The position numbers and the translations under genes are program-made. This document shows positions 1 to 8,139 of a stretch of DNA of 32,000 nucleotides, piece after piece (positions within the stretch are counted from its first letter, which is position 1; every line of letters starts with the position of its first letter). Origin of the DNA: an uncultured archaeon. Lineage in GTDB: Archaea; Iainarchaeota; Iainarchaeia; Iainarchaeales; CSSED10-239. The stretch is taken from contig CAZCAP010000006.1 of the NCBI GenBank assembly GCA_964496765.1, positions 1-32,000 of the forward strand, read 5' to 3'. The notes beneath the pieces are model-generated. The model did not search any database. It was not told where the DNA came from and worked only from the letters and a program-made list of their open reading frames with translations.

Positions 1-4
1 GAGA

Positions 5-77
5 TGCCTCGAACCAGATTTGGACTGGCGGTCTCCAGATTATGAGTCTGGCGCTTTAACCGCTAAGCTACCGAGGC
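5..77 (-). tRNA. tRNA-Met (anticodon CAU; elongator-type, Ile2-type not excluded)
   Basis: The reverse complement folds as a 73-nt cloverleaf. Acceptor GCCUCGG/UCGAGGC, D stem GCUU/AAGC, anticodon stem CCAGA/UCUGG with loop CUCAUAA, T stem GCCAG/CUGGU, discriminator A. No encoded CCA. It lacks the three consecutive G-C pairs in the anticodon stem expected of an initiator. Confidence 0.9.
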
Positions 78-98
78 GTTTTAATTTGCTTTTCTTTT

Positions 99-107
99 CT
101 TTAAAAG
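99..107 (-). promoter_or_regulatory. Putative TATA box for tRNA-Met
   Basis: The minus strand reads CUUUUAAAG, centred about 26 nt upstream of the tRNA 5' end at 77. This is the canonical archaeal TATA-to-start distance. Confidence 0.45.
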
Positions 108-212
108 AAAGCTCAAGAAAAGAACTCTCTTATTAAAAATTAGAACTATATATAATTTAGATACAAATTATTTATATATGTTTTGAAATGAAACATCTTT
201 AGGCTAAATTAT

Positions 213-881
213 TCATTTTCTTGTGATTACCTTTATGTGATTTTTTGATTGATCATATAAATAAACCACATCAGCTAAACCTAGGAAAAGCCCTGTTTCA
301 AGAACCCCTGGTATTGTTCTTACTGAATATTCAAAGTCTTCTAGACTTATATTCTTATCAATTGCAATTCTTGCTAAATAATGTCCAATTTCTGTCTTTA
401 CTGGATTATTATTAGTATCGGTTACTATTCTTGCTAAACCATAGCTTTGTAAACTCATAATTGTTCTTTGATATGCAAAGGTTGACATCTCAACAAAAAT
501 ATCATTTGTAATCTCATTAACAAGATTATAACCAGTGCCTATCACCACTAAAACTAATGCTGATTGACTAATCATCTTATCTTTAATAAATGATTTTGTG
601 GATAGCTTATTAAAATTAAAGTATTGATCTATTTGATCAACAAACTCAATTGCTAAATCTATCTCTCTATCATTTAGAGAAACACACTTTTGTCCAAGAT
701 CATGTAAATGCTTTGCCTGAAGAACAGTTGTAGGAATGAAATAGACCTCTAGCTTATTAGATAGTAGATCCTTAACAAGCTCGTCAATTAGTTCCTTTTC
801 AAAATCACAGGTACCCATGGATATAACATCATTGGGTTTTACTAGCTTAACAAATTCAGATACAATTAATGGAACATTCAT
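213..881 (-). CDS. RpiA-fold protein (ribose-5-phosphate isomerase A family) with degenerate catalytic motifs
   Basis: 222-aa ORF collinear with RpiA. IPGVLETGLFLGLADVV matches the C-terminal GV(V/I)ExG(L/I)F signature and IPTTVLQAK matches the VPTSxQ segment. The GxGTGST, DGADE, KGxGGALxxEK and TDxGN motifs read GTCDF, EFVDQ, NKLSTKSFIKDK and TEIGH. TGA stop. Confidence 0.6.
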   Translation of the reverse strand: MNVPLIVSEFVKLVKPNDVISMGTCDFEKELIDELVKDLLSNKLEVYFIPTTVLQAKHLHDLGQKCVSLNDREIDLAIEFVDQIDQYFNFNKLSTKSFIKDKMISQSALVLVVIGTGYNLVNEITNDIFVEMSTFAYQRTIMSLQSYGLARIVTDTNNNPVKTEIGHYLARIAIDKNISLEDFEYSVRTIPGVLETGLFLGLADVVYLYDQSKNHIKVITRK

Positions 882-945
882 ATTTATCTACCTAATAGTT
901 TATTTGGTTTGTTTTTTAAAAGTTTTGTTTTCACCTGAAAAGCAA

Positions 946-956
946 GCTTTAAAAGG
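946..956 (+). promoter_or_regulatory. Putative TATA box for the C/D-box sRNA
   Basis: CTTTAAAAGG with TTTAAAA at 948-954, centred about 26 nt upstream of the sRNA terminal stem at 977. Confidence 0.45.
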
Positions 957-976
957 AGTTGAAGAATAAGTATATA

Positions 977-1038
977 TAGCAATGATGATATTTGAACACC
1001 TGCTGAAAATCATGATGATAGATGGGCGGGCTGAGCTA
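977..1038 (+). ncRNA. C/D-box sRNA (double guide)
   Basis: C box AUGAUGA at 982-988, D' box CUGA at 1003-1006, C' box AUGAUGA at 1012-1018, D box CUGA at 1031-1034. Guide spacers are 14 nt and 12 nt. Terminal stem UAGC (977-980) pairs with GCUA (1035-1038). It lies in a 182-nt intergenic gap. Confidence 0.85.
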
Positions 1039-1063
1039 CTTAAAAATAAATTAAAAAGTTAGT

Positions 1064-1282
1064 TTATTTTTTCTTTTTATATCTTAAATCGTTTTCTAAT
1101 TTTGTTACTCTCTTGTTTAGAAGATCAATCTTTGAATCCATAACATCTAATCTTGTGTCTCCAGGAGCAAAATTACCAATAGGCATGTACCTCAGTGCAC
1201 TTTTTCTCAAAAGGTACGCTAAAATTAGATTCCCAAGAACAAAAATAAGAATTATAATCAATAAAATATTTATAAGCACCAT
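1064..1282 (-). CDS. Small single-pass membrane protein with a charged coiled-coil-like tail
   Basis: Start moved to the internal ATG (MVLINILL...), which is preceded by GAAGGAGAG 7 nt upstream. The longer ORF would overlap the upstream gene. Hydrophobic N-terminus, then LLNKRVTKLENDLRYKKKK. Confidence 0.55.
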   Translation of the reverse strand: MVLINILLIIILIFVLGNLILAYLLRKSALRYMPIGNFAPGDTRLDVMDSKIDLLNKRVTKLENDLRYKKKK

Positions 1283-1319
1283 AATAATCTCTCCTTCTTC
1301 ATATCCTATTAGATTTGTT

Positions 1320-2111
1320 TTACACCAATAGATATTTACTTTTCCTCTTTTCAATAACAAGGCATTCTTCTTTCAATATCTCAAGAACAACCTTAATTTC
1401 ATCATCAGGGAAACTAAGTCTATCTTTTATTTCATCAATTGTGAATGCATCCTTAATCTTAAAGGCAAGTAATTTGTTTTTAATTTTTTTATAATTATCT
1501 GAATCAATAACATAATAGCTACCATCAAATGATTTTTGACCAATTATTTCTCCTGCCTTAACCCTATCAGAATATTTATCAGTAAACACCATTGCATCCC
1601 CTTGATTTTTAATTATAATATACCCATTTGATTCAAAAAAAGATATAATATCATTTGTTTCTTCAACCATTTCCTTAGCAGAAGTAAAATCCTTTTTAAT
1701 TGGCTTTTCAAAAGTTGACTTAGAAGCATTCTTTTCTGTTGAGATTGTATTTATTTGATATATTCCTTTCTTGTACTTAGGAAGATGATAAATAATTATT
1801 TCTTTATCCTTTAGCATTTCTTGAAAAATAGATAGATCTTCTTTCCTAAGAAGCTTTTCAAAGTTTCCTTCAATCTTATCTCCACCGGAAACTGCTTTAT
1901 CATTTAAAAGAGATATGATTTTTTTTTTAATATCTATCTTTGGATTAGCTTTATTTTCTTCTTTTTGCATATGCTTATTTACTACCAATGAATAAACATT
2001 TGAAGTAATTTCATTGAATTCAAGATTACTATCCTTAAGTTTATCAAGTAATTCAACCTCTTCAGGAACATAATTTATAAAATAAGTCTTAGCTTTTTTA
2101 ACTATCTTCAT
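1320..2111 (-). CDS. Hypothetical protein (possible C-terminal winged-helix-like segment)
   Basis: 263-aa ORF in the same operon-like run as the PIN gene. No motif recognised. The C-terminal FTIDEIKDRLSFPDDEIKVVLEILKEECLVIEKRKSKYLLV resembles a wHTH. Confidence 0.6.
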   Translation of the reverse strand: MKIVKKAKTYFINYVPEEVELLDKLKDSNLEFNEITSNVYSLVVNKHMQKEENKANPKIDIKKKIISLLNDKAVSGGDKIEGNFEKLLRKEDLSIFQEMLKDKEIIIYHLPKYKKGIYQINTISTEKNASKSTFEKPIKKDFTSAKEMVEETNDIISFFESNGYIIIKNQGDAMVFTDKYSDRVKAGEIIGQKSFDGSYYVIDSDNYKKIKNKLLAFKIKDAFTIDEIKDRLSFPDDEIKVVLEILKEECLVIEKRKSKYLLV

Positions 2112-2131
2112 AATCTCTCCCTACAGAAATA

Positions 2132-2806
2132 TTATTTGTACAAAGAGCTTATATATTCATCTATTTCTTGGAATGAAACTGAACAACCTTTGATCTTTAA
2201 TGAATACATTATTGCTTTTAGGTTATCAGGAGATTTAAAATCAGAAGACAGAAGATCATGTTTATGTGCATAGGCAAGTAAATCAACTGATCTTAAAACA
2301 GAGACTGGACCAATTAGTTCTCTAAACTTAACATACTTTTCTTCATCTATATGAACATCACTAGTATCATACTTTCTTTTGAAAATATCTATGAGGGCAT
2401 GTGGTTGCTCAACAAGCATTCTTGTTGTTCTTTCATCAACAGCTAGGTAATCAGCATCAGTTAGACCTAAAAGAGCAAGGCATTCAGCTTCTCCTGCTTG
2501 AATTATCCTAATTGGTTGATGTCTCACCAGAAACATATTATTTGTGAGCTCCATTATCTTAGTTGTGTTTTCCTCTAGTTCCTTTGATGTTGATGAAACT
2601 GTAAATATATTATCTTTAATTTCTCTTAAAATCCTAATTGAACTTAATTTAAATCTCATTACGTGCTCAACCTTGCCAACACACTCATATTGAACATTCT
2701 TAGTAATAATAAACTCTCCAATTGAATCCTTTAGGGATTTAAATAAAGATAAATAACAGGTTTCTGAGAAACTAATTAAAACTCCTGAATCAAAAACAAT
2801 TTTCAT
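2132..2806 (-). CDS. PIN-domain protein (DUF3368-like PIN with a C-terminal extension)
   Basis: The N-terminus MKIVFDSGVLISFSETCYLSLFKSL...IITKNVQYE matches the D-S-x-x-L-I...L..L...I(P/T)..V..E pattern of DUF3368-type PINs. Further acidic motifs are QAGEAECLAL and VDERTTR. Confidence 0.55.
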   Translation of the reverse strand: MKIVFDSGVLISFSETCYLSLFKSLKDSIGEFIITKNVQYECVGKVEHVMRFKLSSIRILREIKDNIFTVSSTSKELEENTTKIMELTNNMFLVRHQPIRIIQAGEAECLALLGLTDADYLAVDERTTRMLVEQPHALIDIFKRKYDTSDVHIDEEKYVKFRELIGPVSVLRSVDLLAYAHKHDLLSSDFKSPDNLKAIMYSLKIKGCSVSFQEIDEYISSLYK

Positions 2807-2817
2807 AATTTTTTTCC

Positions 2818-3423
2818 TTATCTATTTTTAGCTAAGTCAAGCAAATGTATTCTTTCCTTTATACTCTTATACATGGGATCTTCATCTGGCATTCTTGTAA
2901 CCCCAATGAAGTTCATTAACTGATCCTTTGAAATAGAGAAAAGATCACTAGCCTGAGCAGCCGACAATCCATAGGCATAGGCTGAAGAAGCAAGCTTTAT
3001 TCTTGCATCATCAATAATCTGATTAATATAATGTCCTAGTTCCTTATCCTTTTGTCTAATTTCTTCTTCAATATCACTAACTGTTTTCCTAAATTCATCA
3101 AATTTCTTTGATTGCAGCATAAATGAACAATCATTTAATTGATTAAGAATTGAGTTTTGGGCCTTCTTCCAAATCTGATTAGAAAATATGTGTGGCTTGG
3201 AAATCATTTTTCTTAGCCCATACATGATAATACAAAAAGAAGCATAATCTCTGTTATCAAAAGTTATGGTAAGCTCAAGAGTTTGGTTTTCAAGAGCATG
3301 CATCCCATCTATATCTTTTTTAATTACAAAAGGAATAAACTCTTTTATGATTTTTGATAAACTATCATAATTATTTGACTTTTCTGTTTTATTCTTATCT
3401 TTCACTAAATTATTAGTTACCAT
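2818..3423 (-). CDS. Hypothetical protein with a UPF0175-like C-terminal HTH segment
   Basis: 201-aa ORF. The C-terminal AYAYGLSAAQASDLFSISKDQLMNFIGVTRM resembles the UPF0175 antitoxin HTH (…G.iSlg.AAelag.s..ef..ll…). The N-terminal 130 aa are unassigned. Confidence 0.45.
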   Translation of the reverse strand: MVTNNLVKDKNKTEKSNNYDSLSKIIKEFIPFVIKKDIDGMHALENQTLELTITFDNRDYASFCIIMYGLRKMISKPHIFSNQIWKKAQNSILNQLNDCSFMLQSKKFDEFRKTVSDIEEEIRQKDKELGHYINQIIDDARIKLASSAYAYGLSAAQASDLFSISKDQLMNFIGVTRMPDEDPMYKSIKERIHLLDLAKNR

Positions 3424-3511
3424 ATGTTAAATTAGTAGTTATCAAGTCTTTTAAATATATTCTTTTATAATATAATAACATAATATAGTAATTATAGTGG
3501 ATAGAAACTTT

Positions 3512-3994
3512 ATGAGCTTATATAGTAATGGATTTTTTGATGGAAATTGGAAGACCCCAATATTGATTGGAATAATTATAATTATTGTTATTATTGGAGG
3601 ATACTTTCTAATTAGAAGCATTGACTTTGGAAGTTTTGGTGGAACTAACATCTCTGCTAGATTTAGTGATAATCCACTAGTATTATCAAAGAATAAGAAT
3701 ACAATTCTTGAAATTACTGTAAAGAACGATAGTGAAATGGATTCAGTTAACTCAATGGTTACAGTTACTCCTGTAGAAGATTCATTAAATGTATTTTGTG
3801 AGGACTCAAATGCTCCTGACAATAGAACAATTACAATTAATAAGATGGCATCAGGTAATGAAAGAACCATATATTGTGATATTAGGTATACAGAGATTGA
3901 TAGCCTCCTGGAAGGAACCTATAGTTTTGATCTAACCTATAAGCTAAATGAAACAACAAGTTTTAAAAGAATTAAATTAACTGTTAAGAAATAA
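3512..3994 (+). CDS. N-terminally anchored extracytoplasmic protein (beta-sandwich-like)
   Basis: ATG at 3512; an in-frame GTG at 3497 is also possible. TM segment PILIGIIIIIVIIGGYFLI is followed by a beta-rich segment (ILEITVKNDSEMDSVNSMVTVTP). The antisense ORF 3451-3870 is judged spurious. Confidence 0.6.
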   Translation: MSLYSNGFFDGNWKTPILIGIIIIIVIIGGYFLIRSIDFGSFGGTNISARFSDNPLVLSKNKNTILEITVKNDSEMDSVNSMVTVTPVEDSLNVFCEDSNAPDNRTITINKMASGNERTIYCDIRYTEIDSLLEGTYSFDLTYKLNETTSFKRIKLTVKK

Positions 3995-4009
3995 AAGGAG
4001 AAATCAAGA

Positions 4010-4774
4010 ATGTTAGATGTTTTATTTAATGGATGGAATTTCTTTTCCAAAAAAGCATACCTATTATATGCTTTTTTAATAGCTCTATTTTATGGTGCTT
4101 TCACAGTTATTTTTTCTGGATATATTACTAGTATAATTTCCATCATGGGTGAGCAAATAGTAAATATTAAAACAATACATTTCTTTTCTTACTTTTATAA
4201 AGAAATTATAATTATTGCTCTTTACTGGTTTGTTGCAATGATAATTATTAATTATTTATGCTATGTGATAGCAAGATCAAATGCTGATAGGAAAGTAAGA
4301 ACCACAGGAAATGGGCTTGGTAAAACAATTGTTTATTCAATAGTTTTTTTTTTTGTTTTCGCAGTTCTTAGTGTTATTGGAGCAATATTCTTATCATTTA
4401 TTGAATCATCCCTATTACTTGCAATCCTATTCTTGATATTATTAATCTTCTTAGCAATATTTAGTATTGTAATTGCACTTACGTTTTCATTGAGTATCTT
4501 TTACATGGGCTTAAATGGAACAACAATTAATCAAAGCCTAAATGAAGCTTGGAAGTTTCTTAAAAAAAGATTTTGGTTATTAATTGGATTTATTATTATT
4601 ATTGCAATCATTCTAGGAATAATTTATTTCCTAGTTGATAGTTTGTACTATGTTATATTTGGGTATAATGAAATTGCAAGCATGATAATTAGATACATAC
4701 TTTTATTCTTATTTTTATTATATTCAACAAATTCGTTGGCCTTATTTATTAAAAAATACACTATAGGTAAATAA
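4010..4774 (+). CDS. Polytopic membrane protein
   Basis: 254 aa with multiple long hydrophobic segments. AAAGGAG lies 9 nt upstream of the ATG. The stop overlaps the next start (TAATG). Confidence 0.7.
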   Translation: MLDVLFNGWNFFSKKAYLLYAFLIALFYGAFTVIFSGYITSIISIMGEQIVNIKTIHFFSYFYKEIIIIALYWFVAMIIINYLCYVIARSNADRKVRTTGNGLGKTIVYSIVFFFVFAVLSVIGAIFLSFIESSLLLAILFLILLIFLAIFSIVIALTFSLSIFYMGLNGTTINQSLNEAWKFLKKRFWLLIGFIIIIAIILGIIYFLVDSLYYVIFGYNEIASMIIRYILLFLFLLYSTNSLALFIKKYTIGK

Positions 4775-5511
4775 TGCCTTCTTTATTTACACATCTTAAT
4801 TTCATAGATGAAGAAATAAACAAAAATAAAGATCTAAAAAAACTAAATTCATCTATTTTAAAGTTTGGATCAATAATTCCAGACATAGATTACTTTGTAA
4901 GAAAGAAGAAAGTAAAGATATTTCATTTTATGCATCATAATTATGATTTGGGAATAGGTTTCGCAAAGGATCTATTGAGAGAAGCAAAAACCAGAGATGA
5001 GGTTTCTTTTGCAATTGGTTTCCTATCACACACAATTCTTGATAAGGAGGTCCATTCCTATTTAGAAACCAACGTAGATACAAGTGAGCATCTCCAACTA
5101 GAATACATAATTGATGCAAGATACGCCTATGAAAGGTTTCCAAAAGCAAAGTTCCCAAGAGATTTATTTAGGAGAACAATAACAAATAAACACAAAAATT
5201 ATGTCTCAGACATTAAACACATAAATTGCATGCATATTCAAGAATATAGGTTAGCATTCTTCTTTTACAAATCATTAATCATATCCAATTTCATAAAAGC
5301 AAGAAGCACATGGTACTACAATCTTCTTTCAATCATTCCAGAAAACAAGAAATTTAAAAAAATAAAATTAAAAACAAGATTAAAAGCAAGAATAGACAAA
5401 GATAAAGTTAAGATAGTAGAAGAAAGAATAGACAAAGCAAAACTAATTTTTGAAAAAAAAGTTATTGCTCATTTTAAGAAAAAAGATGCCTATGATGTCT
5501 TTTTAAAATAA
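4774..5511 (+). CDS. Putative metal-dependent hydrolase (zinc phospholipase C-like family pattern)
   Basis: N-terminal FTHLNF, then IIPDIDYF, HFMHHNYDLG and GFLSHTILDKEVH. This His/Asp spacing is recalled from small zinc-dependent phospholipase C family proteins. Lys-rich C-terminus. Confidence 0.4.
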   Translation: MPSLFTHLNFIDEEINKNKDLKKLNSSILKFGSIIPDIDYFVRKKKVKIFHFMHHNYDLGIGFAKDLLREAKTRDEVSFAIGFLSHTILDKEVHSYLETNVDTSEHLQLEYIIDARYAYERFPKAKFPRDLFRRTITNKHKNYVSDIKHINCMHIQEYRLAFFFYKSLIISNFIKARSTWYYNLLSIIPENKKFKKIKLKTRLKARIDKDKVKIVEERIDKAKLIFEKKVIAHFKKKDAYDVFLK

Positions 5512-5558
5512 TTTAATATAAATCATAAAAGATAGTTGATAATAGAAAGGAGTTGCTG

Positions 5559-6377
5559 ATGATTATGGTTAAAAAAATAAAAAAAATAAAAGGAAAAACT
5601 GAAAAAAGAAAAAAAGGAAAACATAAAGGACTTATTGTCTCTCTTGTTATTATTCTTATCCTAATTATTACAATAATGGGAATCTGCTATAACCTAAAAC
5701 AAAATTATTCTAATGAAATCTTTGGATTAGTTATTGGATCTGGTAACCTAATCTCTGAAACAAGGGAAATAAGTTATTTTGATAAAGTAGAACTAAAATA
5801 TATAGGTAACATTTATGTTACTCAAGGAGAAACTAATACTCTTAGAATAGAAGCTGAAGATAATATTTTATCTCTATTATCAACTGAAGTTGTTGATAAT
5901 GAACTTGTTATTAATAAGGAAAGATATACACTTACTTGGATAATTAAAAATAAACCAATTAATATCTATGTAACTATGAAAGATGTTAATGAACTAGTAG
6001 TTCTTGGGTCTGGAAATATTATTAGTAACTCATTAATAGAAACTGATGTATTAAAATTAAAAATAAGTGGTTCAGGAAACATTAATGTAAACACAAATAC
6101 TGATTACCTAGAAACAGGGATAAGCGGTTCAGGAAGAATCACAGTAAATGGAATTGCAAATACTCATAATCTATACATTTCTGGATCAGGTGACGTAGAT
6201 GCATTAGATTTATTTACAAATAATACAAATGTTATGATTTCTGGTTCAGGAGACGCAAAAGTTAATGCAATAGATGAATTAAATATTAAGATATCTGGAT
6301 CAGGTAACTTACAATACACCGGAGATCCAAAAGTTAGCACAAATATTAGTGGATCTGGAACAGTTAAAGGGATTTAA
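5559..6377 (+). CDS. DUF2807/GIN-domain (putative adhesin head) protein, N-terminally anchored
   Basis: Eight GSG(N/D/R/T) repeats at roughly 20-aa spacing (GSGNLI, GSGNII, SGSGNINV, SGSGRITV, SGSGDVDA, SGSGDAKV, SGSGNLQY, SGSGTVKG). An N-terminal TM follows a Lys-rich segment. The ATG at 5559 is 6 nt after AAGGAG; the track start at 5553 is a TTG. Confidence 0.75.
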   Translation: MIMVKKIKKIKGKTEKRKKGKHKGLIVSLVIILILIITIMGICYNLKQNYSNEIFGLVIGSGNLISETREISYFDKVELKYIGNIYVTQGETNTLRIEAEDNILSLLSTEVVDNELVINKERYTLTWIIKNKPINIYVTMKDVNELVVLGSGNIISNSLIETDVLKLKISGSGNINVNTNTDYLETGISGSGRITVNGIANTHNLYISGSGDVDALDLFTNNTNVMISGSGDAKVNAIDELNIKISGSGNLQYTGDPKVSTNISGSGTVKGI

Positions 6378-6426
6378 ATTAGATATATCCTTTTCGGGAG
6401 GATGGCTGTCCAAGCAAAAACAAGAA

Positions 6427-7062
6427 TTATTTATTCTTAACTTTTCCAGTAACTACAATTAGGGCATGATATTCTTGATAAAGCTTATAATCTCTTTTTA
6501 GATTATCCATAAATATCTTCTGGATATAATCATAACTTACTTTTTCTTTTTCTTTTATTATCTTGTTTTTAAGAAGAAGTTTTCTTGTGTATGCATCTAC
6601 TACAAAGATTGGTTGGTTATATGCATAAAGAAGAATTGAATCAGCAGTCTCTGGTCCTATTCCCCAAATTCCAAGAAGCTCTTCTCTGATTGGAGTTCTT
6701 TTCTTAAGAGATAGGAAGAATTTTGTGAATGCAACTAGCTTTTTGTATTTTTGATTAAAGTAACCAGCTGGGCGGATCGCTTTCTTGATTTTTACTTCTA
6801 GAGTGTCCAAGAAATATAACATACATAGTGCATTTATTTCTTTTAGGTTAGTTATTGCCTTCTCAACGTTCTTCCAAGAAGTGTTCTGAGTTAAGATTGC
6901 TCCTACACAGATCTCAAATCTTTCTTGATTTGTTACTGGATATTTGTAGTTGTTTGGGTGATACCCATTGTTTGTTTTGATTGTCGAGAGAGGCCACCAA
7001 CCTTGTGGGCCATATTCTTCATATAATGTAGAATATAGTTTTGAAATTAATTTATTTTTCAT
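6427..7062 (-). CDS. HhH-GPD superfamily protein, endonuclease III-related (no Fe-S loop)
   Basis: Motifs: GWWP N-terminal motif, ILTQNTSW, HhH GIWGIGPETADSILLYA, and VVDAYTRKLL with the catalytic-type Asp. No C-terminal 4-Cys cluster. Confidence 0.8.
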   Translation of the reverse strand: MKNKLISKLYSTLYEEYGPQGWWPLSTIKTNNGYHPNNYKYPVTNQERFEICVGAILTQNTSWKNVEKAITNLKEINALCMLYFLDTLEVKIKKAIRPAGYFNQKYKKLVAFTKFFLSLKKRTPIREELLGIWGIGPETADSILLYAYNQPIFVVDAYTRKLLLKNKIIKEKEKVSYDYIQKIFMDNLKRDYKLYQEYHALIVVTGKVKNK

Positions 7063-7070
7063 AAATAAGT

Positions 7071-7904
7071 TTATTTAAGTTTATGACTAGAATGTGATAT
7101 GGTTATTCCAAGCTTCTTTTTTATGTTTTCTTTTGAAAAGATTTCTTCAACTTTTTTTTTTGCAATTTGTCTTGTGCTTTCTTTCTTTATAACCAAAGGA
7201 TCAGAATAATGTTTAATATAATTTTTCTTAAGTTGAACAATGTATTTTCTAACTTCTTTTTTAATTTCTTTAATTAGATCAAAATCAATACCATCAGAAG
7301 TAATAGAACCTGTTTTTTTTGGAGGAGTTAAAATCCTATGATAAGATTCAAGAACAATTTTTTTACTTCCTCTACGATTATATTGATACACATCCAATGT
7401 AACTGGATCAAGCAAAAGATTATGCCAACCCTCTAGTCCACCAAATTTTTTATGAAAATAACGTTTTCCAATATCTGCTTTTGCAAGAAATACTTTTTCA
7501 GTACCATTAAGCTCAGCTTTTACAAAAAAAATAGACTTAAGCTTTAATGCACGTAGAAAATCACCATAGGTGTTTTCACATTTTACTTGATATATTTTAT
7601 TTATGATTTTTGTATTTACTAATCCTGAATCAATTCTTTTTGCTTCTCTTATCAAATTAATTTTCTTAAGATCTTTTTGAATAGTAAACTCATATTCAAT
7701 AACCTTTGAAAATATTTCAAACTTATTTACATCAAACTTATTTAAATAATGTAATAATTCTTGTTGTTCATTTGATTTTAAATAGCTATAAATTTGAGAT
7801 ACGTAATTATCATATATCTGCATTTGCTGTGCATAGATCATTTCATGACTAATTAATTCGCGTAATCTATTTACAATCTTTCTTCTAAATCCAATATAGT
7901 CCAT
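7071..7904 (-). CDS. Hypothetical protein
   Basis: 277-aa uninterrupted ORF with an ATG start and no recognisable motif. Confidence 0.55.
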   Translation of the reverse strand: MDYIGFRRKIVNRLRELISHEMIYAQQMQIYDNYVSQIYSYLKSNEQQELLHYLNKFDVNKFEIFSKVIEYEFTIQKDLKKINLIREAKRIDSGLVNTKIINKIYQVKCENTYGDFLRALKLKSIFFVKAELNGTEKVFLAKADIGKRYFHKKFGGLEGWHNLLLDPVTLDVYQYNRRGSKKIVLESYHRILTPPKKTGSITSDGIDFDLIKEIKKEVRKYIVQLKKNYIKHYSDPLVIKKESTRQIAKKKVEEIFSKENIKKKLGITISHSSHKLK

Positions 7905-8066
7905 AATATTTCACGTTTATAAAATAAATATGAATCAATAATTATATAAATAGAAAGAGCCTAGGCTGAATAAGATAAAATTAATACTTTGAAAAATATC
8001 CAGACTGATAGCTGTACTTTAATAAAATTTAAAATAAAATTAGAAAAAAAATGACAAGAAAAAAGA

Positions 8067-8091
8067 GTGATATTTGTAGTTGTAATTTGCA
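8067..8091 (-). repeat. 3' arm of the 23S rRNA processing helix
   Basis: GTGATATTTGTAGTTGTAATTTGCA is the reverse complement of 11161-11183 except for a 2-nt insertion. Confidence 0.8.
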
Positions 8092-8139
8092 CTATATTAG
8101 ACAAACAAAGAATTGCATGCATTTATTTTTTGATATTTA

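Noticed and set aside
1113-1331. 72-aa plus-strand ORF
   Set aside because: It is antisense to the small membrane-protein gene, which has a clear GAAGGAGAG RBS. Nothing supports the plus-strand ORF.
3451-3870. 139-aa minus-strand ORF overlapping 3497-3994(+)
   Set aside because: The plus-strand ORF continues into a coherent plus-strand operon (4010, 4774, 5559) and has an anchor plus beta-domain architecture. The minus ORF looks like antisense noise.
6389-6401. Small hairpin CCUUUUCGGGAGG between convergent genes, considered as a bidirectional terminator
   Set aside because: It has only about 4-5 bp including wobble pairs and is not followed by an oligo-T run on either strand.
7905-8139. 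Possible 5S rRNA or tRNA downstream of the 23S
   Set aside because: The spacer is uniformly AT-rich apart from the processing-helix arm. No 115-125-nt GC-richer block or cloverleaf could be drawn.
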